A DNA stretch of 63,917 nucleotides, counting the filler, from Candidatus Rokuibacteriota bacterium (GTDB lineage Bacteria > JAUVQV01 > DATDCY01): NCBI GenBank assembly GCA_031406795.1. It is 11 parts of 11 records of this genome, joined end to end, with 100 filler letters (N's around TTAATTAATTAA, not from the genome) between each part and the next. Parts side by side here need not be neighbours in the genome. Positions count along the whole stretch, not along the records: positions 50,861 to 55,804 come from JANOHV010000073.1; positions 55,905 to 60,079 come from JANOHV010000094.1; positions 60,180 to 63,917 come from JANOHV010000159.1; 8 more parts are not named here. One strand, 5' to 3'. The position numbers and the translations under genes were made by a program. Each line of letters begins with the position of its first letter. Position 1 is the stretch's first letter. The notes below the pieces were generated by a model, which made no database searches, was not told the origin of the DNA, and worked only from the letters and a program-made list of their open reading frames with translations. This document shows positions 51,033 to 60,861 of the stretch, one piece after another.

Positions 51033-53740
51033 GCACCAACGCGTTGGAGACCATCCGCAGGATCGTCGCGTCGCGCGAGCGGCTGTACACCGGCATGCCG
51101 GCGACCTTCCTGGAGAAGGCCGAGGAAGAGGGGGGCTGCGGCGTCACCGGCTTCGCCTGCACGATCCCGGTGGCCGGGCGGCACATCTTCACGCCCTCAA
51201 AGCAGATGCACAACCGCGGCAACGGCAAGGGCGGCGGGATCGCGGCGGTCGGCTTCGACCCCGACCAGCTCGGCATTTCCCGCGAGGTGCTCGAGTCGCA
51301 CTATTGCCTGCAGATCGCGGCGCTCGACCCGGAGTGCATCGAGGAGCTGGCCGCCAAGCACATCCGCCCGGTCTTCGACATCGCCGCCGAGTCCAAGCTC
51401 AAGACCGTCAAGAACTGGCAGGAGCTGCCGAGCCTCGAGGTGCGCCCGCCGGACATCTTCCGCTACTTCGTCCGGATCAAGCCCGAGGCGCTCGACGCGT
51501 TCATAGCGGCTGCCGGCCTCGAGCTGATGGACCGCGAGAAGGCCGAGGACGAGTTCGTCTACCAGAACTCGCTGAAACTCAACGCGGAGTACTACGCCTC
51601 GCTCGGCGAGAAGAAAGCCTTCGTCGTCTCGCAGGGGCGCAACATGCTGGTGCTCAAGATCGTCGGCTACGCCGAGGACGTCGTGCGCTACTACTGCATG
51701 GACGACTTCAAGGCGCACGTCTGGATCGCGCACCAGCGCTTCCCGACCAAGGGGCGCGTCTGGCACCCGGGCGGCGCGCACCCGTTCGCGGGGCTCGACG
51801 ACGCGCTGGTGCACAACGGGGACTTCGCCAACTACCAGTCAATGGTCGACTACCTGAAGCAGCGCGGCCTGCGCACGATGTTCCTGACCGACACCGAAGT
51901 GGCGATCCTCGTTTTCGACTACCTCAGCCGCGTGCACAACTACCCGCTCGAGTACATCATCGAGGCGCTGGCGCCGACCACCGAGATGGACTTCGACCAG
52001 CTGCCCAAGGCGAAGCAGGAAATCTACCGCAAGATCCAGGTCGCGCACATGCACGGATCCCCCGACGGGCCGTGGTTCTTCATCATCGCGCGCAACAAGC
52101 AGTACGAGCGCGAGTTCCAGCTGCTCGGGATCACCGACACCGCGATGCTGCGGCCGCAGGTCTTCGCGGTTCAGAACGGCGAGGTTCAGATCGGCCTGAT
52201 CTGCTCGGAGAAGCAGGCGATCGACGCGACGCTCAAGTCCCTGGCGGCCGAGGACCCGCGCTTTTGCACCGTGGCCGACAAGTACTGGAACGCCAGAGGC
52301 GGCAGCAGCAGCAACGGCGGCTCGTTCATCTTCAGCATCAAGGACGACCCGAACAGTCCGACCGGCAAGACGCTGACCTGCGAGGACAAGTTCGGCAACC
52401 CGGTCACGACCCCCGAGGGGCAGACGCACTGCGACGTGTCCTTGCCGGCCGCACGGGTGGGGACAGATCTGAAATCTGTCCCCAAAGGCGACATCGCCGC
52501 CGCCGACATCGCGGAGCACCTGCAGGACCGAACCGTCGGCAAGCTCGCCGCCATCGCGCTGAAAAAACTCAAGGCCTGGGACTACGACGCGCTGCGCCGC
52601 TTCTGCAACGACCTGGTCGCGGCGGCGAACGCCAAGGACGCGCTGCGCGAGCCGGCGATCGCCACGCTGACCAAGCTGATCGACACCCCCTGCCACACCG
52701 GCGAGAAGAAGCGCTCCTCGGTGCTGCAGATCCTGCACATCGCGCTGCACGAGATCTTCAACGCGCTGTCGCCGATCGAGTCCACCGTCAAGAGCACCTA
52801 CAAGCGCATCGCGTGGAAGAACCGCAAGAAGTTGCGCAAGCCGGCCAAGGGCGAGCAGACGCTCGTCATCGACGCCGACGGCTTCGAGCCGGAGCTGGAA
52901 GACCGCGACTCCAAGCTGATGGTCGACGGCTTTCGGCTCGGCTGGAAGAACTTCATCGCGTACAACCTGGTCGGGCAGCGCTTCCACGGGGTCGGGCTCG
53001 GGCCGGACACCGTTGGCGTGCGCATCGATCTCTACGACAGCTCCGGCGACTACGAGGCCTCCGGCATCGACGGGCTGGAGATGCACATCCACGGCAACGC
53101 GCAGGACCAGCTCGGCCAGATCATGAAGGCCGGCAAGCTGGTCGTGCACGGCGACGTCGGTCAGACCTTCATGTACGGCGCCAAGGGGGGCGAGGTCTAC
53201 ATCCGGGGCAACGCCGCCGGCCGCCCACTGATCAATGCCGTCGGCAAGCCGCGCGTGGTCATCAACGGCACCTGCCTCGACTACCTCGCCGAGTCGTTCA
53301 TGGCCGGCAACCCGCTCGAGGGGGGCGGTTTCGTGATCCTCAACGGCCTGCAGTTCGACGACTTCGGCGGGTACAGCCCGCGCAAGCGCCCCTTCCCGGG
53401 GAGCAATCTCTTCTCGCTGGCGTCCGGCGGCGCGATCTACATCCGCGACCCCGAGCACAAGACCGTGGGCGAACAGCTCAACGGCGGCCACTTCCACCCG
53501 CTGGCCGACGCCGACTGGGCGCTGATCAAGCCCTACCTCGTCGAGAACGAGAAGCTCTTCGGCATCAAGGTCGACGACCTGCTGACGCATAACGGCAAGA
53601 AGCTCGCGCCCGCCGAGGTGTTCCGCAAAGTCGGCGCGATGAAGCCCGCCGAGGCGGTGAAGATCATCGCCGACGATGACGTGAACCTGGGGATGATCTC
53701 GAGCGTCGGCGGGAAGAAGCGCAAGAAGGGCGCTGCATAG
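51029..53740 (+). CDS. Glutamate synthase amidotransferase (Ntn GATase) plus GXGXG domain fusion (GltB1/GltB3-like)
   Basis: Propeptide then EEGGCGV; IAHQRFPT, AHPF and VHNGDFANY; C-terminal HGDVGQTFMYGAKGG repeats. Confidence 0.88.
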   Translation: MSTNALETIRRIVASRERLYTGMPATFLEKAEEEGGCGVTGFACTIPVAGRHIFTPSKQMHNRGNGKGGGIAAVGFDPDQLGISREVLESHYCLQIAALDPECIEELAAKHIRPVFDIAAESKLKTVKNWQELPSLEVRPPDIFRYFVRIKPEALDAFIAAAGLELMDREKAEDEFVYQNSLKLNAEYYASLGEKKAFVVSQGRNMLVLKIVGYAEDVVRYYCMDDFKAHVWIAHQRFPTKGRVWHPGGAHPFAGLDDALVHNGDFANYQSMVDYLKQRGLRTMFLTDTEVAILVFDYLSRVHNYPLEYIIEALAPTTEMDFDQLPKAKQEIYRKIQVAHMHGSPDGPWFFIIARNKQYEREFQLLGITDTAMLRPQVFAVQNGEVQIGLICSEKQAIDATLKSLAAEDPRFCTVADKYWNARGGSSSNGGSFIFSIKDDPNSPTGKTLTCEDKFGNPVTTPEGQTHCDVSLPAARVGTDLKSVPKGDIAAADIAEHLQDRTVGKLAAIALKKLKAWDYDALRRFCNDLVAAANAKDALREPAIATLTKLIDTPCHTGEKKRSSVLQILHIALHEIFNALSPIESTVKSTYKRIAWKNRKKLRKPAKGEQTLVIDADGFEPELEDRDSKLMVDGFRLGWKNFIAYNLVGQRFHGVGLGPDTVGVRIDLYDSSGDYEASGIDGLEMHIHGNAQDQLGQIMKAGKLVVHGDVGQTFMYGAKGGEVYIRGNAAGRPLINAVGKPRVVINGTCLDYLAESFMAGNPLEGGGFVILNGLQFDDFGGYSPRKRPFPGSNLFSLASGGAIYIRDPEHKTVGEQLNGGHFHPLADADWALIKPYLVENEKLFGIKVDDLLTHNGKKLAPAEVFRKVGAMKPAEAVKIIADDDVNLGMISSVGGKKRKKGAA
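52459..52483. repeat. REP palindrome embedded in-frame in the CDS
   Basis: GGGGACAGATCTGAAATCTGTCCCC, translated as GTDLKSVP. Second copy at 53758-53781. Confidence 0.75.
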
Positions 53741-53757
53741 CTGCCCGATTACGAAGA

Positions 53758-53781
53758 GGGGACAGATTTGAAATCTATCCC
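53758..53781. repeat. REP palindrome (intergenic copy)
   Basis: GGGGACAGATTTGAAATCTATCCC. Confidence 0.75.
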
Positions 53782-53796
53782 TGAATGAAGCGACGA

Positions 53797-53830
53797 AGCC
53801 CCGGCGGCAATCCCGCCGGGGCTTTCCTTT
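53797..53830 (+). terminator. Rho-independent terminator
   Basis: AAGCCCCGGCGG-CAATC-CCGCCGGGGCTT followed by TCCTTT. Confidence 0.8.
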
Positions 53831-53887
53831 AGATGCTTGCCGCGAAACATACAGCGGCAGTGAGGACGTACGACTTTCGGATGACGA

Positions 53888-54316
53888 TCAGGCGCTTACG
53901 GCCAGCATAAAACCTTCCTTGCGGCTCGCTTCGATCAGTCGCTGATCCAGACACACAAATTCCAGGCGGCCCGGATCGTGATCCGCGGCGATCAGCGCCG
54001 CCGCCAACTGCAGCGCATCAGCCACCCGCAGGGCATGCACCCGCAACATGCGTTCGGCAGTACGCCGACAGGCTTCGCCAGGCAGGACTTCATCCCAGCC
54101 ATTGCGCAGTTCGTGAAGACGCCGTTCCGCGGCGCGCACATCGTCGTCGGACAATCGGCCCTCACGAACCAGTCGCATGAGCGCCGAAAGACACTCAACC
54201 GGCGTGCCCCACCACGTTACCACCGCCGGGTCCTGCGCCAGGAGATGCTCCATGTCCCGGGTCCTCGCCTGCCGCACGAGCAGCGGCACGATGCCGGAGG
54301 CATCCCAGAACCTCAT
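53888..54316 (-). CDS. vapC: VapC PIN-domain toxin
   Basis: FWDASGIV, VECLSAL, LRVADALQLAAA and FVCLDQRL motifs. Confidence 0.9.
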   Translation of the reverse strand: MRFWDASGIVPLLVRQARTRDMEHLLAQDPAVVTWWGTPVECLSALMRLVREGRLSDDDVRAAERRLHELRNGWDEVLPGEACRRTAERMLRVHALRVADALQLAAALIAADHDPGRLEFVCLDQRLIEASRKEGFMLAVSA

Positions 54317-54612
54317 CGGCCTTCCTCCCTATCGGCAAGAAGGGCGTCCAGGATATCCCCCCCTCCCTGGGGCGTCGGCAGCGGCATCGCGCCGAGCGCT
54401 TTTGCGTCCAGGCGGCCACGAGCCGGTCGGACCAGTCCCCTCCGAACCAGGTCAGCCTGCCAGGGCAGCCCCTGGGCAGACGGTCCGGCGACCGGTTCCA
54501 GGCGGGCCACAGGTTGCTGTCGGTCAACGATCAGGATCGTCTCGCCTTCCCTTACTCGGGACAGCAACTCGCTGAGATGGTTTCTGGTGTATGAAATGTT
54601 TGCTTTATTCAT
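54313..54612 (-). CDS. Phd/YefM-family antitoxin
   Basis: ISYTRNHLSELLSRVREGETILIVDRQQPVARLEP. Overlaps vapC (ATGA). Confidence 0.9.
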   Translation of the reverse strand: MNKANISYTRNHLSELLSRVREGETILIVDRQQPVARLEPVAGPSAQGLPWQADLVRRGLVRPARGRLDAKALGAMPLPTPQGGGDILDALLADREEGR

Positions 54613-54647
54613 AACGCCAACATAGCCATCACGTTATGTACTGTCAA
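54610..54647 (-). promoter_or_regulatory. Leaderless sigma70 promoter of the TA operon with an inverted-repeat operator
   Basis: TTGACA-17 nt-TATGTT-6 nt-ATG. CATAACG/CGTTATG inverted repeat. Confidence 0.75.
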
Positions 54648-54673
54648 GCATCGGCAGAGCGGATTTGTGCAAT

Positions 54674-55804
54674 TCACCGCGGCGTCAGCAGGTGCGCCAG
54701 CGACCGTGCCAGATTATCCAGGGCCGAGGCGTCAGGCAGGGTGACGGTCATCTTCAATTGGCCGTCCTCGCCGGTTTCCAGGCATTCGGAGAGACGAGAA
54801 CGCAGCCCCTCGGCAACCTGACGCATCGACTCTGTCTCCTCTCCCCGAGGCAGGAGCTCGCCCAGGAAGCCGAATGCCGCGCCAAGGAGTTGACCGCCGG
54901 CGGCAGCGATCTTCTGCTTGCGCTCGGCCAGCGCAAGTTGCGCCGCAACCTGCTGTTTTTGGCTCACGTCGACGGGAGCATCCGGCCTGGCGCCGATCAG
55001 GACCTCAAGGCGTCTCTTGAGTTCCTCCACTCCGCTGGAGAGATCGACAGATGTCACATCCGACTCCGGATCCAGGGCCGCGAGCGCCAGCTCGTGCTTC
55101 GCCGAGAGCGTCCCGAGCAAACTTTCCTCAAGCGTCCCCTCGGTCACCAGCAGGTAGACCTGGACCGGCCTTTTCTGCCCCATCCGGTGGGCGCGGGAGA
55201 TCCGCTGCTCGAGCACCGCCGGATTCCAGGGGAGGTCGACGTTGATGATCGTGTCGGCGGCTTGAAGGTTGAGGCCGGTGGAACCCGCATTCGTGGTGAG
55301 GAAGAACGTCGTGTCCGGATCCTTCTGGAACTGGTGGACGAGCCCCTGGCGCTTCTGTTGCGGCACGGAGCCATCAAGGCGGACATACTTCACGCCGCGG
55401 CTCCCGAGCAGGGGCTCCACCAGGCCAAGCATCGTCGTCCACTCTGAAAAGAGAATGACCTTGCGCCCCTCCTCAGCGGTGAGCTGGTCCAGGAGAACCT
55501 CAAGCTCGGCAAGTTTGCTGGAGTAGCCCGGTGCCTTCTTGTCCACGAGGAACGTGCTGTTGGCCGACATCCGGCACATCAGGAGCGCCTTCTGCAGCCG
55601 CAGCAGATCCATCTCCGAGATGTACCTCTTGCGGATAATGAGCGCGACGATCTTCTTGTGAGCATCGTGGACATCGAGTTGCTCGGCCGTTGGCGGGATC
55701 CTGCGGATGTCCGTGGTCCGCTTCGGAAGTTCCCGCAGCACCTGGCCGCGTGTGCGGCGCAGCAGCACGGGCTTGAGCTTCGAGCGCACATCATCAAGGT
55801 TCTT
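54674..55804 (-). CDS. SNF2/Swi2-family helicase, C-terminal part
   Basis: LLRRTR, KVILFSEW, GSTGLNLQAAD and PWNPAVLEQRISRAHRMGQ motifs. Confidence 0.92.
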   Translation of the reverse strand, partial: KNLDDVRSKLKPVLLRRTRGQVLRELPKRTTDIRRIPPTAEQLDVHDAHKKIVALIIRKRYISEMDLLRLQKALLMCRMSANSTFLVDKKAPGYSSKLAELEVLLDQLTAEEGRKVILFSEWTTMLGLVEPLLGSRGVKYVRLDGSVPQQKRQGLVHQFQKDPDTTFFLTTNAGSTGLNLQAADTIINVDLPWNPAVLEQRISRAHRMGQKRPVQVYLLVTEGTLEESLLGTLSAKHELALAALDPESDVTSVDLSSGVEELKRRLEVLIGARPDAPVDVSQKQQVAAQLALAERKQKIAAAGGQLLGAAFGFLGELLPRGEETESMRQVAEGLRSRLSECLETGEDGQLKMTVTLPDASALDNLARSLAHLLTPR

Positions 55805-55988
55805 NNNNNNNNNNNNNNNNNNNNNNNNNNNNNNNNNNNNNNNNNNNNTTAATTAATTAANNNNNNNNNNNNNNNNNNNNNNNNNNNNNNNNNNNNNNNN
55901 NNNNCGCGGATCGACCTTTACCTGTCGGCCGCGAGGTCCTACTATGAATCCGGCCCGGGTCTCGTCAATGCACACAAGGAGGCGATCG

Positions 55989-56987
55989 ATGCACATCCGG
56001 ACGTTCGGTGTGGCCGTCCTGGCCGGCATCCTGCTCTTCTCCCCGGCCCTGGCGGCCGAGGCGGATCGACTCCGGGGCGATCCGTTCTCCGATCCGGCCG
56101 CCACGTTCCCAATGCCCGCAGACTGGATGCTCAAGCCGATCAAGTACGAGGCGTGGTCCGGTAAGGCCGACCTGACCGTCACGCTCGAGCAGGACGTCTA
56201 TCAGATCCTTCTCCCGCTCATCCGCGCCTACGGGAAGGAGAAGGGGATCACGATCGCCGTCCAGGAGGGGACCTGCGGCATATCGGCCGGCGCTCTTTCG
56301 CGCAGAGCGGTCGACATCGGCGGTTTCTGCTGCCCCCCCGGGCGGGAGGACCGGCTGCCCGGGTTGCGGTTCCACACCCTGGGGATCGTGGCGAAAGCCA
56401 TTCTCGTTCACCCGGAGAATCCGCTGAGCAATCTCTCCCTGCAGCAGGCGCGGGAGATCTTCGGCGGGAAGGTCTCCCGCTGGTCGGAGGTGAAGATGCC
56501 GGGAGGCAAGACGGGGTCGGAGCGGCCCATCCGGGCCGTCGCCCGGTTCCACTGCCCGACGCGCCCCGGGCACTGGCGGCTCCTGCTGGACAACGAGGAC
56601 CTCTTCAGCCTGAGGATCAACGAGGTGCGGACGATCTCCGACATGGTCTCGCAGGTCGCGGGCAGTCCGGATGCCATCGGCTGGGAAGTCATGGGGATGG
56701 CCGAGCAGTATCGCAACCTCGGACGCGTCAAGGCCTTGATGATCGACGGGTTCGCTCCCACCGACATTCAGGCGCTGGTGACCGGGAAGTACCCGATCTA
56801 CCGCACCTATAACATCACCACCTGGGAAGGTCAGAGGATCGCGAGCGCTCATGCCGCCGGGCTCGTGGCGTATCTGAACAAGGAGGTCGTGAAGATCGAA
56901 CCCCGCTACGGCTTCGCGCCCGCGGCGCGTCTGCGGGAGGCCGGTTGGCGCTTCAGCGGGGATGAGCTAATCGGCGAGCCGAGGTAG
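55989..56987 (+). CDS. Periplasmic binding protein (PstS/PBP2-like)
   Basis: AGGAGG RBS, signal peptide, VHPENPLSNLS...IFGGKVSRWSEV and GKYPIYR. Confidence 0.75.
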   Translation: MHIRTFGVAVLAGILLFSPALAAEADRLRGDPFSDPAATFPMPADWMLKPIKYEAWSGKADLTVTLEQDVYQILLPLIRAYGKEKGITIAVQEGTCGISAGALSRRAVDIGGFCCPPGREDRLPGLRFHTLGIVAKAILVHPENPLSNLSLQQAREIFGGKVSRWSEVKMPGGKTGSERPIRAVARFHCPTRPGHWRLLLDNEDLFSLRINEVRTISDMVSQVAGSPDAIGWEVMGMAEQYRNLGRVKALMIDGFAPTDIQALVTGKYPIYRTYNITTWEGQRIASAHAAGLVAYLNKEVVKIEPRYGFAPAARLREAGWRFSGDELIGEPR

Positions 56988-56991
56988 AGCC

Positions 56992-59900
56992 ATGCTCAAA
57001 CGCCTGCCGCTGATGGTCAAGATGCTGCTGGTCACCGTGCTGGCGGCGTCCGCCATTTTCGCGGGGCTGGACTCCTTCCAGGCCAGGCGTCTGCGCGCGA
57101 CGCTCTACGGCCAGCTGGAGCTGCGGCTCCAGGAGCAGGCGCGCGAGGATCGTCTGAGGTTTCACAGCTACGTGAACGCCCACCGGCAGGCGGTGAAGCT
57201 GCTGGCCTCCCAGAGGAACTTCGTGGAGTACCTCGAGACGCCCGCCTGGGTCGGGGGGGATCCCGGACGGATCGTCTTTCATCGCGAGATTCCCCCCTGG
57301 TTGCCCAAGCCCTCGGTCCTCCGGGCCTTCGTCACCGTCCCGTTCGCGATGCTTCTCGATCCCGAGGGACGGGTGCGGGAAGTTTTCCTGAATCATCCGG
57401 ACCCCCCTCCCGCTTCGCTGCTCAAACCCTCCGACCTGCTGCGCACGCTCAGCCACAACCAGAGCATCATGACCGAGCTCGACGACGCGCCCTTTCTCGT
57501 CACCTCGGAGATGGTCGAGACGGGAGGACGGCTGAGTGCCGAGCTCATGGTCGCCTCGCCGCTCGACGAGGACTTCCTGATCCGCTCGCAGGGCGCCGTC
57601 GAAGAGCCGCGCCTCGTGGCGCTGCTCCGGGGGGATCCGGCGAAAATCGTCGCCAGCAGCAACCAGACCGCGCTGCCCGCGGGAGCCCCGGCGGAGTCGG
57701 CGCAGGGCTCCTACCTGCTGACCGGAAAGTCGTTCTTCGACCTGGCCTCCTCGGACCTCGTGATGATGTTCGCGTCGTTCATCTCCACCGCCGAGGTCGA
57801 CGCGGTGATGCGCTCCATCCTCGCCGAGGGGCGCCAGGGGCGCGCGCTGACGGCACTGCCGCTGATCCTGGTCTCGGCGCTGATCGTCTTCTGGATCACC
57901 CTGCACATCCGGACCCTCTCCCGGGGGATCGAAGAGTTCTCGAGTACCGTGCTCGGCGCGGAGCCCGGGGGGGCCGCGGCAGGAGACGAGCTGCACGTCA
58001 TCGAGAGTCGGTTCCGGAACCTGACCGACGAGGTGGTCGCGGCGCGGGAGACCCTCAGGCGCGAGGCCGAGGAGAAGCTCGCGCTGCAGGCCCGGGCGAT
58101 CGTCGCCGAGCGCCAGGAGCAGGAGCTCAAGCTGCTGCAGGCGCTCAAGGTCTCGGAGGAGAACTACCACGCGATCTTCGATTCCGCGAACGACGCGATC
58201 TTCGTCTTCGACGCCGACACCGGGCTCATCCTCGACGCGAACGTCAAGGCCGGCCAGCTCCTCGGTCTGCCGCGGCAGAGCATCATCGGGATGCACTACT
58301 CCCGGATGCACCCGCCCGCGGAGGCGGAGCAGTGCCTCAAGATCTTCCAGCGGGCCGTCCAGCAGGCGAGCACGATCTCCAGCGACATCTGCGTGCTGCG
58401 CTCCGACGGCACCACGATGCCCGTCGAGATCAGCACGAGCGTCATCGGGCGCGACGGCAAGCGGATCGCGCTGGGGATCTTCCGGGACATCACCGAGCGC
58501 CGGCGGGCCGAGGCCGCGCTCGAGGAGGAGATGAACCGGGCGCAGCGCTACCTGGACATCGCGGAAGTCATCATCGTGGCGATCGGCACCGACGAAAAGG
58601 TGCGGTTGATCAACCGCGCCGGCAGCCGGATTCTCGGCCTCGAGGAGCGGCAGATCGTCGGTCGGAACATGTTCGAGAACTTCATCCCGGAGCGGTTGCG
58701 CGTCGAAGCGCATGCGATCTTCCGCCGGCTGCTCTCGGGGGAGAGCGGCGCGGCCGAGTCCTTCGAGTTTCCGGTGCTCGCGAAATCCCGCGAGGAGCGG
58801 ATGATCGCCTGGCACAACGCGCTCGTGCGGGACGAGGAGGGAAGCGTCGTCGCGCTGCTCAGCTCCGGCGAGGACATCACCGAGCGCAAGCACGCCGAGG
58901 AGCAGGCGCGTTCGCGATTCCGGCAGCTCACGGCGCTGCACAGCATCGATATGATTATCAACTCGAGCCTGGATCTGCACGTGACGCTCAAGGGATTCAT
59001 CGGTCACGTCATCGCCCAGATGGGCGTGGACGCCGCCGATGTGCTGTTGCTCGATCCGTTCACGCAGACCCTGGAATTCGCCGAGGGGAGCGGGTTTCGC
59101 ACCGAGGGGATCAGGAAATCCCGCCTGCGCCTCGGCGAGGGCATCGCCGGGATCGCCGCGCTGGAGCACCGGAGCATCCAGATCGAGAACCTTCTCGATC
59201 CCGCCAGCGGATTCGTGCGCTCGGGGCTGCTCGCGGGCGAAGGCTTCCTGGCCTACTACGCCGAGCCGCTGGTGGCCAAGGGGCAGATCAAGGGCGTGCT
59301 GGAGATCCTGCACCGCTCGCCGCTGCCGCTGGATGAGGAACAGCGCGAATTCCTGCACGCGCTGGCGTCGCAGGCGGCGATCGCCATCGACAACGCGACG
59401 CTCTTCGACGAGCTTCAGCGCTCCAACATCGAGCTCACGCTGGCCTACGACGCCACGCTCGAGGGGTGGGCGAAAGCGCTGGATTTGCGCAACCGGGAGA
59501 CGGAGCGCCACTCCGAGCGCGTGACCGAGATGACGCTGCGCCTCGCGCGGGCCATGGGCATGGGCGATCGGGATCTGGTGCAGGTGCGCCGCGGGGCGCT
59601 GCTTCACGACATGGGCAAGATCGGCATCCCGGACAGCATCCTGCTCAAGCCCGCCCCCCTCACCGATGAGGAGCGGCAGATCATGCAGCGTCACCCGGAC
59701 GACGCGTTCGAGATGCTCCGCAAAATCGCCTATCTGCGCCCGGCCCTGGACATCCCGTACGCCCACCATGAGCGATGGGACGGGAGCGGCTACCCGCGGG
59801 GACTCAAGGGGGAGCAGATCCCGCTGCCGGCCCGGATCTTCGCCGCGGTGGACATCTGGGACGCGCTGCGCACCGCGGAGCGCCCGTACCGCACGCCGAT

Positions 59901-59994
59901 GAGCGACGAGGAGCTGCACACCCACCTGCGCTCCCTCGCCGGGACGCACCTGGACCCGAACGTGGTGGAGGCGTTTCTTAAACTGGAGTGGTGA
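56992..59994 (+). CDS. Membrane PAS-PAS-GAF-HD-GYP cyclic dinucleotide phosphodiesterase
   Basis: Two TMs, two PAS domains (RDITER, EDITERK), GAF, LLHDMGK and HHERWDGSGYPRG. Confidence 0.92.
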   Translation: MLKRLPLMVKMLLVTVLAASAIFAGLDSFQARRLRATLYGQLELRLQEQAREDRLRFHSYVNAHRQAVKLLASQRNFVEYLETPAWVGGDPGRIVFHREIPPWLPKPSVLRAFVTVPFAMLLDPEGRVREVFLNHPDPPPASLLKPSDLLRTLSHNQSIMTELDDAPFLVTSEMVETGGRLSAELMVASPLDEDFLIRSQGAVEEPRLVALLRGDPAKIVASSNQTALPAGAPAESAQGSYLLTGKSFFDLASSDLVMMFASFISTAEVDAVMRSILAEGRQGRALTALPLILVSALIVFWITLHIRTLSRGIEEFSSTVLGAEPGGAAAGDELHVIESRFRNLTDEVVAARETLRREAEEKLALQARAIVAERQEQELKLLQALKVSEENYHAIFDSANDAIFVFDADTGLILDANVKAGQLLGLPRQSIIGMHYSRMHPPAEAEQCLKIFQRAVQQASTISSDICVLRSDGTTMPVEISTSVIGRDGKRIALGIFRDITERRRAEAALEEEMNRAQRYLDIAEVIIVAIGTDEKVRLINRAGSRILGLEERQIVGRNMFENFIPERLRVEAHAIFRRLLSGESGAAESFEFPVLAKSREERMIAWHNALVRDEEGSVVALLSSGEDITERKHAEEQARSRFRQLTALHSIDMIINSSLDLHVTLKGFIGHVIAQMGVDAADVLLLDPFTQTLEFAEGSGFRTEGIRKSRLRLGEGIAGIAALEHRSIQIENLLDPASGFVRSGLLAGEGFLAYYAEPLVAKGQIKGVLEILHRSPLPLDEEQREFLHALASQAAIAIDNATLFDELQRSNIELTLAYDATLEGWAKALDLRNRETERHSERVTEMTLRLARAMGMGDRDLVQVRRGALLHDMGKIGIPDSILLKPAPLTDEERQIMQRHPDDAFEMLRKIAYLRPALDIPYAHHERWDGSGYPRGLKGEQIPLPARIFAAVDIWDALRTAERPYRTPMSDEELHTHLRSLAGTHLDPNVVEAFLKLEW

Positions 59995-60179
59995 GGTTCG
60001 CTGGGGTGCACGACAGGATTGTTGAGTGAGCACCATCGGGGGCCGCATTGATCACGCGGCGCATTTTGAGCGTCGCTCCNNNNNNNNNNNNNNNNNNNNN
60101 NNNNNNNNNNNNNNNNNNNNNNNTTAATTAATTAANNNNNNNNNNNNNNNNNNNNNNNNNNNNNNNNNNNNNNNNNNNN

Positions 60180-60343
60180 GGTAGTCGGGATTGAGCATCG
60201 GTCATCCCCCGGAAGGCCCAAGCATCGAGCGTGAGCGGCCAGACCATGCCGATCCTCTCCGCGGGTGTCGTGTCGGCGAAGTCCTTCTCGGTACCCTGGA
60301 GCTTGAGGCGGCTCACGCGAACGGCGATGGCGGAACGATCCAT
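60180..60343 (-). CDS. Inverted second copy of the small protein at 60661 (3'-truncated)
   Basis: MDRSAIAVRVSRLKLQGTEKD..., near-identical to 60661-60824. Confidence 0.75.
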
Positions 60344-60393
60344 GATTTTAGTATACCGGAATTGAAGGAATATACATCGATTCAACCCGGACC

Positions 60394-60610
60394 TGTTCCC
60401 GTGCGCGAGGCGGCGGGGACCCTCCTTCGGTCGTGCGTCTGCGCCGCCGGCCCGGGATCGCGGCCGGGGCTCGCGGTCTCGTAACTCGCCTTCGGCTCAA
60501 ACAACGAGCTCGCGTCCCTGCGGGACCGCCCCGGGCACCGCTCCGGGCTGATCGGCGTCTTCGCGCCATCTCCCTGCGGGGAAGCCCCCGCCGCCTCGCG
60601 CACGGGAACA
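60394..60610 (-). mobile_element. About 215-bp MITE-like element, copy A
   Basis: 25-bp TIRs TGTTCCCGTGCGCGAGGCGGCGGGG / CCCCGCCGCCTCGCGCACGGGAACA. Homologous to 62623-62833 and 63830-63917. Confidence 0.8.
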
Positions 60611-60660
60611 AGCCCGGTTTGAACCGATGTTTATTGCTTTAATTCCGGTATACTAAGACT

Positions 60661-60861
60661 ATGGATCGTTCCGCCATCGCCGTTCGCGTCAGCCACCTCA
60701 AGCTTCAGGGTACCGAGAAGGACTTCGCCGACACGACACCCGCGGAGAGGATCGGCATGGTCTGGCCGCTCACGCTCGATGCTTGGGCCTTCCGGGGGAT
60801 GACCGATGCTCAATCCCGACTACCGAGACATCTTGTCCGCGTTCAGCGCGGAAAAAGTTGA
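60661..60861 (+). CDS. Small protein paired with the nucleotidyltransferase (putative TA partner)
   Basis: TPAERIGMVWPLT...SRLPRHLVRV. Overlaps the downstream gene. TATACT 6 nt before the ATG. Confidence 0.7.
   Translation: MDRSAIAVRVSHLKLQGTEKDFADTTPAERIGMVWPLTLDAWAFRGMTDAQSRLPRHLVRVQRGKS

Noticed and set aside
53888-55804. vapBC plus SNF2 helicase as a new defence system
   Set aside because: The TA pair has its own promoter and both families are common. The helicase is truncated, so no linkage can be shown.
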